A stretch of DNA of 64,000 nucleotides, from contig JAVSMQ010000001.1 in the NCBI GenBank assembly GCA_032027125.1, forward strand, positions 1,108,149 to 1,172,148, in the 5' to 3' direction. Positions 28,326-36,370 of the stretch are shown here, piece by piece. The notes under the pieces were generated by a model. It made no database searches and was not told the DNA's origin. It saw nothing but the letters and a program-made list of their open reading frames with translations. The DNA comes from Candidatus Kapaibacterium sp. (GTDB taxonomy: Bacteria; Bacteroidota; Ignavibacteria; Kapaibacteriales; UBA2268). The position numbers and the translations under genes were made by a program. Position 1 is the stretch's first letter. Each line of letters begins with the position of its first letter.

Positions 28326-29543
28326 ATGGCTGATGATTTAGGTAAAGACTTTAAAATGTCTTATGCAGATTTAATCGTAGTTTGTGACAATGTTCACAGC
28401 AGTATAACCAGAGATGCGGCAGTAATGGCGGGATACGGAATAACGCCTTTGATGACCTCAGCCTTTAAGGTAAAAATTGATGAGTTTCTCTCTTATCCGT
28501 CTGATACAACTTTAATGACTGATTTGATGAGTGCAACTCATAATAAAAATGTACTTGCAAATAATCTGAGGATAATGGCTCGTACTTTTGGAACAAGAGC
28601 TAAACTTGCTTTTGCCAACGATGATGGCAAATATGAAAAATTTGTTTTGAAAGATTTAAGTCATGCAACTGATGGCAATTTACTTCTATTTTGCGAAAGG
28701 ATATGTCTTGAGGCAACAAAATTTTTGCCGGAATTTGCTGTTACAGGATTAACTCAGGACATGATTGATGACTTGATGAATAAAAGAAATGAATTACGAA
28801 CAGCCATGATAGTACAGGAAGATGCAGTAAAATTGAGGGATGAAACTGCAAATATTCGTGTTAAAAAGGCGAATGAACTTTACCGGGAGCTAAATAAATA
28901 CACAACTATCGGCAAGACAATCTGGTATGAAGTTAATGAAGCTTTGTATAATGATTATGTGATTTACGATTATACAGGCAGCAGCAGCAGTGGCGGCGGT
29001 GGCAGTGCGGTTCCGGCAGCACCTGAAAATCTTAGTGTTGATGTCAACACTATGATTTTTTCATGGTCGAGTACCCCAAACACCCAAAATTACACACTGG
29101 AGAAATCGGTTGTGGGAATTGAGTGGGAAATTATTTACACCGGACCGGATAATTTCTTTATGTATGTTCCTGAAACAGAAGGACTTAATGTTTACAGAGT
29201 GAAGGGTTCCAATTCTATTGGAAGCGGATTGTACAGTAGTATGATGAGTTACAACTATCTTGGCTTGCCAGCCCCTGATTATGTATCCATAGCAATAACC
29301 AATGCCTCCACAGGCGAGGTTGCATTAAACTGGGGTGAAGTTCCCTTAAGTACATTTTATAAATTATATGTATCTTCTGTTGCTTTAGGAGCTGTTGCAG
29401 GTGAATACGTTCTTGTAGGACAATATGCCGTTGCCTCTTATACCGGAATATTTGCACTTTCACAAAGGCATTTTTTCAAAGTTATAGCTGGTAATATAGA
29501 TGAAGAGAGTATAGCTTCAGACAGCGTTTTTGTGGAGTTGTAA
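28326..29543 (+). CDS. Hypothetical cytoplasmic (no signal peptide) protein with an N-terminal ~220-aa alpha-helical domain, a Ser/Gly linker, and two fibronectin type III-like beta-sandwich domains.
   Basis: No N-terminal hydrophobic segment. Linker YTGSSSSGGGGSAVPAAPENL. Then ...SVDVNTMIFSWSSTPNTQNYTLEKS...YRVKGSNSIGSGL and a second unit ...VALNWGEVPLSTFYKLYVSS...FFKVIAGNIDEES. These are FN3-like W..Y..patterns. No catalytic motif. Confidence 0.5.
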   Translation: MADDLGKDFKMSYADLIVVCDNVHSSITRDAAVMAGYGITPLMTSAFKVKIDEFLSYPSDTTLMTDLMSATHNKNVLANNLRIMARTFGTRAKLAFANDDGKYEKFVLKDLSHATDGNLLLFCERICLEATKFLPEFAVTGLTQDMIDDLMNKRNELRTAMIVQEDAVKLRDETANIRVKKANELYRELNKYTTIGKTIWYEVNEALYNDYVIYDYTGSSSSGGGGSAVPAAPENLSVDVNTMIFSWSSTPNTQNYTLEKSVVGIEWEIIYTGPDNFFMYVPETEGLNVYRVKGSNSIGSGLYSSMMSYNYLGLPAPDYVSIAITNASTGEVALNWGEVPLSTFYKLYVSSVALGAVAGEYVLVGQYAVASYTGIFALSQRHFFKVIAGNIDEESIASDSVFVEL

Positions 29544-29553
29544 GAGCGAAAAA

Positions 29554-29640
29554 CCCTTAATCCCCTCCTTGAAAGAAAAGGAGGGGAAAATATAAAGTCA
29601 AAGATGTCCGGCACTTCAAAAATGTCGGACATTTTATTTT
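29554..29640 (+). terminator. Double hairpin terminator region after the FN3-protein gene. The first hairpin belongs to the G/C-rich repeat family.
   Basis: cccttaatcccctcctt-gaaagaaa-aggagggg (29554-29590), then atgtccggcac-ttcaaaaat-gtcggacat followed by tttatttttg. Confidence 0.7.
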
Positions 29641-29862
29641 TGAAACAAAATAAACATCAGCCAAATCCAAATCATCTTATTTTTTTTAATAATAATTCAT
29701 TTATGATATTTGATGTTGCAGCAGTGTTTATTTGACATATATTTACCATGAAACACATATAAATAAACACATATTTGATACAATATTACAGAATATGTTT
29801 TTTGTTTCACAATAATATGTTTATTTTGTAATGTAATTTTTTACAAATTTGTGGTATTTATT

Positions 29863-30786
29863 ATGAACAACATAAACCGCAGAAATTTTCTGAAATATTC
29901 AACCGCTTTGACAATTGCCGGGGCAGGTTTTGCACCCAAGACAGCAAATGCTCAGCCTGAAAACAATCTATCTCCGGACAGAATGGGGGTACTTGTTGAT
30001 ACAACACATTGTGTCGGCTGCCGTAACTGTGAATTTGCCTGCAGAAAATCCCATAAAATTGAAACAGGCGATATCGAACAGTATCATAAAAGAGATGTTT
30101 TCAAAAAATTTCGCAGACCCGGCAATGATTCATATACTGTAGTAAACGAATTTCCAAATGAAAAAAATGAACTTCTGCCGATTAACGTAAAATATCAATG
30201 TATGCACTGCGACAAACCGGCATGTGTTTCAGCCTGTATAGTAGGTGCTTTTACAAAACAGGAAAACGGTGCTGTTATCTGGGACGGTGATAAATGTATC
30301 GGCTGCCGCTACTGTATGGTTGCCTGTCCTTTCCAGATACCGACTTTTGAGTTTGAAAAAGCTATACAGCCAGACATACACAAATGTGATTTCTGCCATC
30401 CCCGAACAAAGGAAGGCGGAATACCGGCATGTGTAGAGATATGCCCTGTGGAAGCCCTGATGTTTGGTCCGCGGACAGAACTTATCAGAGTTGCCCGTCA
30501 GAGAATTAAACGTAACCCGGGTAAATATAACAATCATATTTACGGAGAACGTGAAGTAGGAGGAACATCATGGATGTATCTTACTTCAGCGGATTTTGAT
30601 ACATTAAAATTTCCCAAACACAAGTCAAGCACAGCTCCCGGTGTTTCGGAATCCATACAGCACGGTATATTTGCTTATTTTGTTCCACCGATTGCATTGT
30701 ATGCCTGGCTTGGCGGATTAATGTGGATAACTAAAAGACGTAAAGAGATGATAAAAGAAGTTGATGACCAGCAGGAGGAGAAATAA
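29863..30786 (+). CDS. Tat-exported periplasmic 4x[4Fe-4S] ferredoxin-type subunit with a C-terminal membrane anchor (HmcB/HybA/NrfC-like). The ORF opens at GTG 29851; the first ATG is 29863.
   Basis: Twin-arginine signal MNNINRRNFLKYSTALTIAGAGFAPKTANA. Four Cys clusters (CVGCRNCEFAC, CMHCDKPACVSACIVGA, CIGCRYCMVACP, CDFCHPR...CVEICP). C-terminal TM helix GIFAYFVPPIALYAWLGGLMWI. Confidence 0.8.
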   Translation: MNNINRRNFLKYSTALTIAGAGFAPKTANAQPENNLSPDRMGVLVDTTHCVGCRNCEFACRKSHKIETGDIEQYHKRDVFKKFRRPGNDSYTVVNEFPNEKNELLPINVKYQCMHCDKPACVSACIVGAFTKQENGAVIWDGDKCIGCRYCMVACPFQIPTFEFEKAIQPDIHKCDFCHPRTKEGGIPACVEICPVEALMFGPRTELIRVARQRIKRNPGKYNNHIYGEREVGGTSWMYLTSADFDTLKFPKHKSSTAPGVSESIQHGIFAYFVPPIALYAWLGGLMWITKRRKEMIKEVDDQQEEK

Positions 30787-32004
30787 ATGTCACATTTAAT
30801 TGCTCAACCGCTTAAAAGTGTAAAGTTTTTTACTCCCGGAGTTATTATACTGATTATAATTGCTTTGAACGGAATAGTATTCATAGCAGCAAGATTTTTA
30901 TTCGGCTTAGGGCAGGTAACAAATCTTGACAATCAATACCCATGGGGTTTGTGGATTGGAGTAGATGTTGCTGCCGGAGTCGCATTGGCTGCAGGTGGTT
31001 TTATCTCCGCAGCGATAGGTCATATTCTACATCGGGAACATTATCATGTGATAGTCAGACCTGCATTATTGACTGCGATGCTTGGTTATACCTTTGTTGC
31101 TTTCGGTGTTTTTATTGATATAGGTCGCTGGTATTTTATATGGCACCCGCTTGTAATGTGGAATCCAAATTCGGCATTGTTTGAGGTTGGTATCTGTGTA
31201 ATGATATATCTGACTGTTTTGTATATTGAGTTTCTGCCGATTGTCACAGAGCGGTTTATGAATAAGGTTAATCTCCCGGGCATACTGAGAATATTTAATA
31301 ACGTTATAAATAAAATACTTATAGCTTTAGACAGCGGTTTATCCAAAACAATGTTCGTATTTATAATTGCCGGTGTTGTGTTATCATCACTACATCAATC
31401 ATCATTAGGAACTTTGATGGTTATAGCCGGTTCAAAAATGCACCCTCTCTGGCAGACTCCCATATTGCCGCTTTTGTTTCTTATTTCAGCCGTCGGTGTA
31501 GGTGTGCCTATGATTATATTCGAATCGCTGATAGCATCAAGGTCGTTCAAACTTGAACCCGAGATGCCCGTTCTGACAAGGCTGGCTTCTTACGTTGCAC
31601 CGATTCTGGGCGTATATTTATCATTTAAAATCGGCGATATGGTTATACGAAAATCATTTGTATATCTTGCTGAATTTAATACGCAATCGGTTATGTTTTT
31701 GATTGAAATGATAATTGGTGTTGTACTTCCGCTTATAATGTTTTTAAATAAAAAAGTTCTGCGCTCACCCCTAATGCTGTTTATCGCAAGCAGTCTGGTA
31801 GTATTCGGCGTGCTTTTAAACAGAATAAACAACTTTGTGGTTGCATACCACCCGCCCTATGCTAATTATCCTTATTTCCCGTCTTTCGGCGAATTATCGG
31901 TTACACTTGGTTGTGCAGCATTGCTTATTTTATTATATCGAATGGCGGTTATGATTTTTCCGATTATTGCAACGGAAGATAATTCTAACCATCAGAAGAA
32001 TTAA
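30787..32004 (+). CDS. NrfD/PsrC-family integral membrane quinone-interacting subunit (HmcC-like), ~8-9 TM.
   Basis: 405 aa with ~9 hydrophobic helices. Family-typical start MSHLIAQPLKSVKFFTPG and a conserved W/G-rich first periplasmic loop (YPWGLWIGVDVAAGVALAAGGF). ATG overlaps the upstream stop (TAAATG). Confidence 0.75.
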   Translation: MSHLIAQPLKSVKFFTPGVIILIIIALNGIVFIAARFLFGLGQVTNLDNQYPWGLWIGVDVAAGVALAAGGFISAAIGHILHREHYHVIVRPALLTAMLGYTFVAFGVFIDIGRWYFIWHPLVMWNPNSALFEVGICVMIYLTVLYIEFLPIVTERFMNKVNLPGILRIFNNVINKILIALDSGLSKTMFVFIIAGVVLSSLHQSSLGTLMVIAGSKMHPLWQTPILPLLFLISAVGVGVPMIIFESLIASRSFKLEPEMPVLTRLASYVAPILGVYLSFKIGDMVIRKSFVYLAEFNTQSVMFLIEMIIGVVLPLIMFLNKKVLRSPLMLFIASSLVVFGVLLNRINNFVVAYHPPYANYPYFPSFGELSVTLGCAALLILLYRMAVMIFPIIATEDNSNHQKN

Positions 32005-32022
32005 ATAAAGGAGACAAAATCT

Positions 32023-33282
32023 ATGAAAAAATTTAAATGGATATTAATAGTATTATTGCTTACAACCGGAACAATTTTTCTGTTTGGTTCTAACTTAAAG
32101 GAAATTAAGAATTTGTCACAGAAGACAGACAGTAAAGTTTCCAAAGTTAATAAGACTGTAGATATAAAATCTGAAACAGGATTACCAAAAGACCATGACA
32201 AAATGTCTATAAATTGTAAGACCTGTCATTATTGCGAATATCCGACAAAAAATGACCCTTGCTTGCTTAGCTGTCCCAAATCAGAAATGGTTTCAATTCA
32301 TCACTCTCCTGAGGAAGGACCTGAAATTGTTGAACTTGACATGATTAAAGGTGATTACGGAGTTGTTGTATTCTCACATAAACTTCACGCAGAAATGTCT
32401 GAATTGGCGGGTGGCTGCGAAAGCTGTCATCATTACAATACAACCGGTCCTGTTTTAAAATGTATCACTTGTCATGAACCAAACAGAATCCGTGAAGATT
32501 TAAGCAAGCCGGACCTCGAAGCAGCATATCACCGTCAATGTCTGACATGCCACAGGCAGTGGAGCCGTCAGACCAACTGCCAGTCCTGTCATATTAATCA
32601 GAACTCGCCTGACATACAAAAAACAAAAGACAGAATCAAGAAAGCAAAACATCCTGATGTGCACGAACCACAGAAAATAGTTTATGAGACTCAGTACGAA
32701 GAAGGCAAATTGGTTACATTCTTCCATAATCAGCATACAAAAACATTCAATATAAAATGTAACACATGCCATCATGAAGAAAATTGTATGAGATGTCATG
32801 ATTATAATCTCAAAAAGCTGAGAACTGAGAGTAATGCGACTGTAAGAAAAAAAGTGCATCGTACTTTTGAAGACCACCATGCCTCATGTATTAAATGCCA
32901 TGAAAAAGATGAATGCGGTAAATGTCACCGCAGTTGGGAAATGAAAGAATTCAATCATTTTGCATCAACCGGATTCGACCTTGATATCAGGCATAAAATG
33001 CTCCGTTGTACTTCATGTCACAAGCAGGAAGGAACCTACAAAGGACTGTCGAAAAATTGCACATCCTGTCACAGTAATTTTGCACAGGGTAAATTTGACC
33101 ATCGCAGAATCGGGCTCGAATTAGATGGAACTCATGCTGATTTAGAGTGCGGTGACTGTCACAAAAACAATAATTTTTCTACAACACCTAAGTGTAACGA
33201 CTGCCACGAAGATAAATACGTACCTCATAGTCTGCCGGGTAAACGTATTTCGATACTGAAATCTACTGAAGTAAAGAAATAG
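32023..33282 (+). CDS. Membrane-anchored/periplasmic 13-heme c3-type multiheme cytochrome c (HmcA/NhcA-like).
   Basis: N-terminal signal/anchor MKKFKWILIVLLLTTGTIFLFGS. I count 13 CxxCH motifs: CKTCH, CESCH, CITCH, CLTCH, CQSCH, CNTCH, CMRCH, CIKCH, CGKCH, CTSCH x2, CGDCH, CNDCH. Spacing (~32 aa per heme) and frequent extra His (e.g. VVFSHKLHAE) fit bis-His c3-type domains. Confidence 0.85.
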   Translation: MKKFKWILIVLLLTTGTIFLFGSNLKEIKNLSQKTDSKVSKVNKTVDIKSETGLPKDHDKMSINCKTCHYCEYPTKNDPCLLSCPKSEMVSIHHSPEEGPEIVELDMIKGDYGVVVFSHKLHAEMSELAGGCESCHHYNTTGPVLKCITCHEPNRIREDLSKPDLEAAYHRQCLTCHRQWSRQTNCQSCHINQNSPDIQKTKDRIKKAKHPDVHEPQKIVYETQYEEGKLVTFFHNQHTKTFNIKCNTCHHEENCMRCHDYNLKKLRTESNATVRKKVHRTFEDHHASCIKCHEKDECGKCHRSWEMKEFNHFASTGFDLDIRHKMLRCTSCHKQEGTYKGLSKNCTSCHSNFAQGKFDHRRIGLELDGTHADLECGDCHKNNNFSTTPKCNDCHEDKYVPHSLPGKRISILKSTEVKK

Positions 33283-33303
33283 TATAAATTCATAATAATT
33301 AAT

Positions 33304-33345
33304 AAAACCCCAATCATAATTGATTAATGATTGGGGTTTTTATTT
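33304..33345 (+). terminator. Rho-independent terminator closing the FeS/NrfD/multiheme operon.
   Basis: aaaaccccaatcat-aattgatta-atgattggggttttt followed by a T run. Confidence 0.8.
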
Positions 33346-33478
33346 TACTATTGATTGGTATCTGACTATGTTGATTTCAAAGAAATAATACCCTTCGAAT
33401 GAAATCGTTATATCCCCCACTTCCAAAGCAGGACTGATACGTTCTAAATAAATTCAACGAATTTTGTAATTCTTATAA

Positions 33479-33577
33479 TGTAAAACGACACTTTTTGGTT
33501 GGTCATGCTGAACGAAGTGAAGTATCCAGGCTGTTAATTAATGAATACATGGATACTTCGCTCCGCTCAGAATGACT
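33479..33577. repeat. Copy C of a long-palindrome intergenic repeat family (~100 bp: a conserved leader plus a 26-28-nt imperfect inverted repeat around a 20-nt loop).
   Basis: gtaaaacgacactttttggttg + 5' arm gtcatgctgaacgaagtgaagtatccagg (33503-33530) + loop ctgttaattaatgaatacat + 3' arm ggatacttcgctccgctcagaatgac (33551-33576). Closely similar to elements at 59340-59412 and 59439-59542. Confidence 0.85.
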
Positions 33578-33760
33578 CATCGTTGAGTATTTTTCTAAAT
33601 ACAATAAAACGTATCTCCTTTTTTCATAAGGGGTTAGGGGGGTTTTTAATTTGGCAATATAATCATAATATATTAGCAACGAATAAGTTTTTAAAAAAAA
33701 CTAATTTGACATTTTTGTCTTTTTCCTTTAATTCGGCTGATTAGTCAAACTACTCCTGCT

Positions 33761-34459
33761 TCAGTTTTTCTGTGATGATATTATATCTAAAATAAGCGGT
33801 TTATTCTGCAAAGTTACAGATGTACCTTTCAGCAATATGTTATAGATTTTGTTACTTTCGATATTAATGCCGTTTTTTTCAAGAATTTCATTTCCGTTTG
33901 CAGGATTAATCAGTTCTAATTTATATATACCCGAATTAATTTTCTTTAAATCCGTAAATGACTTAAATCCAATCAAATCTTCAAAGTTGGACTGTCCGGA
34001 TAATTTAAAAATAAATTCACCCGAATCAAACGAAGTGTGAACAAATCTAAAGTAAGCATCAGTACCTGATGAGCTATTGCTTGTTGTGTCTTTTAAGATA
34101 AGAGATTTTGCAGAAAATCGGTAACCGTAGAAAATAATCGTGTACCAGCCTAATTTATCAAGCTGTACCGGCATATTTACCAGTGAAAGATTAGACTGCT
34201 CGTCAATCAACCGCAAATAAGATGAGCCTGAGTTAATTTTTTGGTAAATATTGGAAGGTTGAGTATATTCAGCTTTTTTCAACAGTGGAATATCATTAGA
34301 CTCAATTAAAAGGATATCCCTGTCGGCTATACAATTTAAAATCAATGCATTTGTATAATTATCCGGTGATATTATTTTCGGAGTGACAATATCCGGTACA
34401 CATTCGCATCCCGACATAACAGCAAGAAAAAAAATAAATATGTAAATTTTTGCTTTCAA
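33761..34459 (-). CDS. Hypothetical lipoprotein (232 aa).
   Basis: Lipoprotein signal MKAKIYIFIFFLAVMSGCEC with lipobox-like LAVMSGC. Beta-strand-rich, Ser/Asn-rich remainder. No recognisable catalytic motif. Confidence 0.5.
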   Translation of the reverse strand: MKAKIYIFIFFLAVMSGCECVPDIVTPKIISPDNYTNALILNCIADRDILLIESNDIPLLKKAEYTQPSNIYQKINSGSSYLRLIDEQSNLSLVNMPVQLDKLGWYTIIFYGYRFSAKSLILKDTTSNSSSGTDAYFRFVHTSFDSGEFIFKLSGQSNFEDLIGFKSFTDLKKINSGIYKLELINPANGNEILEKNGINIESNKIYNILLKGTSVTLQNKPLILDIISSQKN

Positions 34460-34603
34460 TTCAAATCATAAGTTGTAAATAATGTCAAATATAAGTAAAA
34501 TATCATATAAAAGTGAAATATTTAATAAAAAAACAAAAAAAAACGACTTTTTTGAAAATATTTTGAGACGTTTTTCATTTTCATGTGTCATTGTAATTGA
34601 GAG

Positions 34604-35782
34604 ATGTGTCTTATGTTAAAAAATAAATTAAATATTGCAATTTTTCAGACACTTTCGGGGAATTTTTCCGAAAGAGGTATTCTTATAATATTATTTGTTT
34701 TAATACCTGCGATTTTATTTATTTCTTCTTGTGATACATGTACAGGTATTGATAAACCGGGAATTAATCCTGAGGATGAAGTTTTCTTTACAGCTTCGCC
34801 AACAAACAGTGATTTACCGAATATTTACAGAACAAATTTTCAGGGTTCCGCCATAGAGAATATTATTTTAAATGGTATGGCATTCTCATCCCCTTCTATC
34901 AACGGAAAAATTGCGTTTATAAGAAAGAGTCCGATTGACGGAAAGAATAATTTATACGTTTCCAAATTGGACGGCAGTGATGCGAAGTTGATTACATCAG
35001 ATAATGATATTTTCAATGTGTCATATCCCATTTTATCACCTGACGGCAAGTATGTTGCTTTCAATGGCGGTAATTCAAGTTTGATATATTATGATAACTC
35101 GGCTTCTACATCAATGTTTAATCAAATGACCGGCAGATTAACCTTAGGCTGCCAGCCAAGATTTTCAAACGATTCAAAATATCTTGCATTTTTTGAGGGA
35201 GACGGCACATCCATACCGGTCACATTGAAAGTTATTGATGCAAAAAGTGCGGATGAAGTTAAAGTAATTTATTCGAAAATACTCGGGAACGTTAAATTTT
35301 CAGACAATAATGAGATAGCTGTTAACTGGTCTGCAAATTCCAAATCTCTTATATATTCTATTCAAAAAGGCATAAATGATGACATTCATATAATTAATAT
35401 CGAAAATTCTTCAGAAAGAATAATCTCTGTTCCAAATTCTGAAATCGGGGGCAGACAGCCTGCGATTTCTCCAAAAGAGGATTTTTTGGCTGTTGCAGGT
35501 AATGACGGAAATATTTGGTTGATTTTTATAGCAACTAACGACCTTAGGTTTTCAAACATTACAAAATCAGAAGGGTTTGAAAGAAATTATCAACCTAAGT
35601 GGTCATCTGAAGGTACAAAAATTTTATACAGCAGTTCATCACAATTTGATACGGAATTTTATTCAACACTTGTTTGTAGTGAACTGCAGTTTGAAGTAGC
35701 ACTTGCAAGAGCAGTAAAGACATATATAATCAGCAGTAATGTTTTTAAAGGATTTTGGAATTACAGGACAGATAACCTTTGA
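34604..35782 (+). CDS. Periplasmic TolB-like beta-propeller (WD40-like) repeat protein, probably lipid-anchored. Its stop overlaps the ECF sigma start (ATGA).
   Basis: N-terminal hydrophobic segment ending ISSCDTC. Repeated ~45-aa units with I.F...S.DG...L/IY, SPDGKYVAF, and AISPKEDFLAVAGNDG. This is typical of the TolB/PD40 propeller. Confidence 0.6.
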   Translation: MCLMLKNKLNIAIFQTLSGNFSERGILIILFVLIPAILFISSCDTCTGIDKPGINPEDEVFFTASPTNSDLPNIYRTNFQGSAIENIILNGMAFSSPSINGKIAFIRKSPIDGKNNLYVSKLDGSDAKLITSDNDIFNVSYPILSPDGKYVAFNGGNSSLIYYDNSASTSMFNQMTGRLTLGCQPRFSNDSKYLAFFEGDGTSIPVTLKVIDAKSADEVKVIYSKILGNVKFSDNNEIAVNWSANSKSLIYSIQKGINDDIHIINIENSSERIISVPNSEIGGRQPAISPKEDFLAVAGNDGNIWLIFIATNDLRFSNITKSEGFERNYQPKWSSEGTKILYSSSSQFDTEFYSTLVCSELQFEVALARAVKTYIISSNVFKGFWNYRTDNL

Positions 35783-36330
35783 AAAAATTTGCAAAATATA
35801 GTGACGAAGAATTAATGACTCTGATGAGTGTCGGCAGAAAAGAATCAGAGCAGGCTTTTTCCGAGATATATGCAAGGTATTCTCAAAAAATTTATGCTTA
35901 CTGTTTGAGAGTGTTGGAAAGTGAAGAAGATGCTTATGATGTTTTTCAGGATACATTCGTAAAGTTCTACGAAACTTACAAAGGTAATTCAGGTTTGCAG
36001 AATATAACCGGAATGTTGATTAGAATTTCAAGAAATTTATGCCTGAATTATAAGCGAGACAGAAAAAGTGAAATTGAATTTGATGAATTATTAATGCCGG
36101 TTGATGATAATTCTTTTGAAGATAAAGAATTAGTCGAACTTATCGGAACAGCTTTAAAACAAATTGATTTCGAATTGAGAGAAGTTTTTATACTTAGACT
36201 TTACGAAGGATTGTCGTATAGTGAAATCAGCGAACTTGTAGGGCTTAATCTTTCTACAGTCAAGAACCGCTTCTTTCGTGCAAAGGATAAATTAAAACAA
36301 ATACTCCAGCCTTATTTGGAGGAGATGTAA
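35779..36330 (+). CDS. ECF-type RNA polymerase sigma-70 factor (sigma-24 family).
   Basis: Region 2 FSEIYARYSQKIYAYCLRVLESEEDAYDVFQDTFVKFY. Region 4 HTH LSYSEISELVGLNLSTVKNRFFRAKDKL. 183 aa. Confidence 0.85.
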   Translation: MKKFAKYSDEELMTLMSVGRKESEQAFSEIYARYSQKIYAYCLRVLESEEDAYDVFQDTFVKFYETYKGNSGLQNITGMLIRISRNLCLNYKRDRKSEIEFDELLMPVDDNSFEDKELVELIGTALKQIDFELREVFILRLYEGLSYSEISELVGLNLSTVKNRFFRAKDKLKQILQPYLEEM

Positions 36331-36370
36331 AAATGCAAATTATTTTAGTAATATAAATGAAGAGTTATCA

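Noticed and set aside
33541-33744. 67-aa ORF overlapping palindromic repeat copy C and the AT-rich spacer.
   Set aside because: Starts inside the loop of the repeat element. Low-complexity translation. Explained by the repeat.
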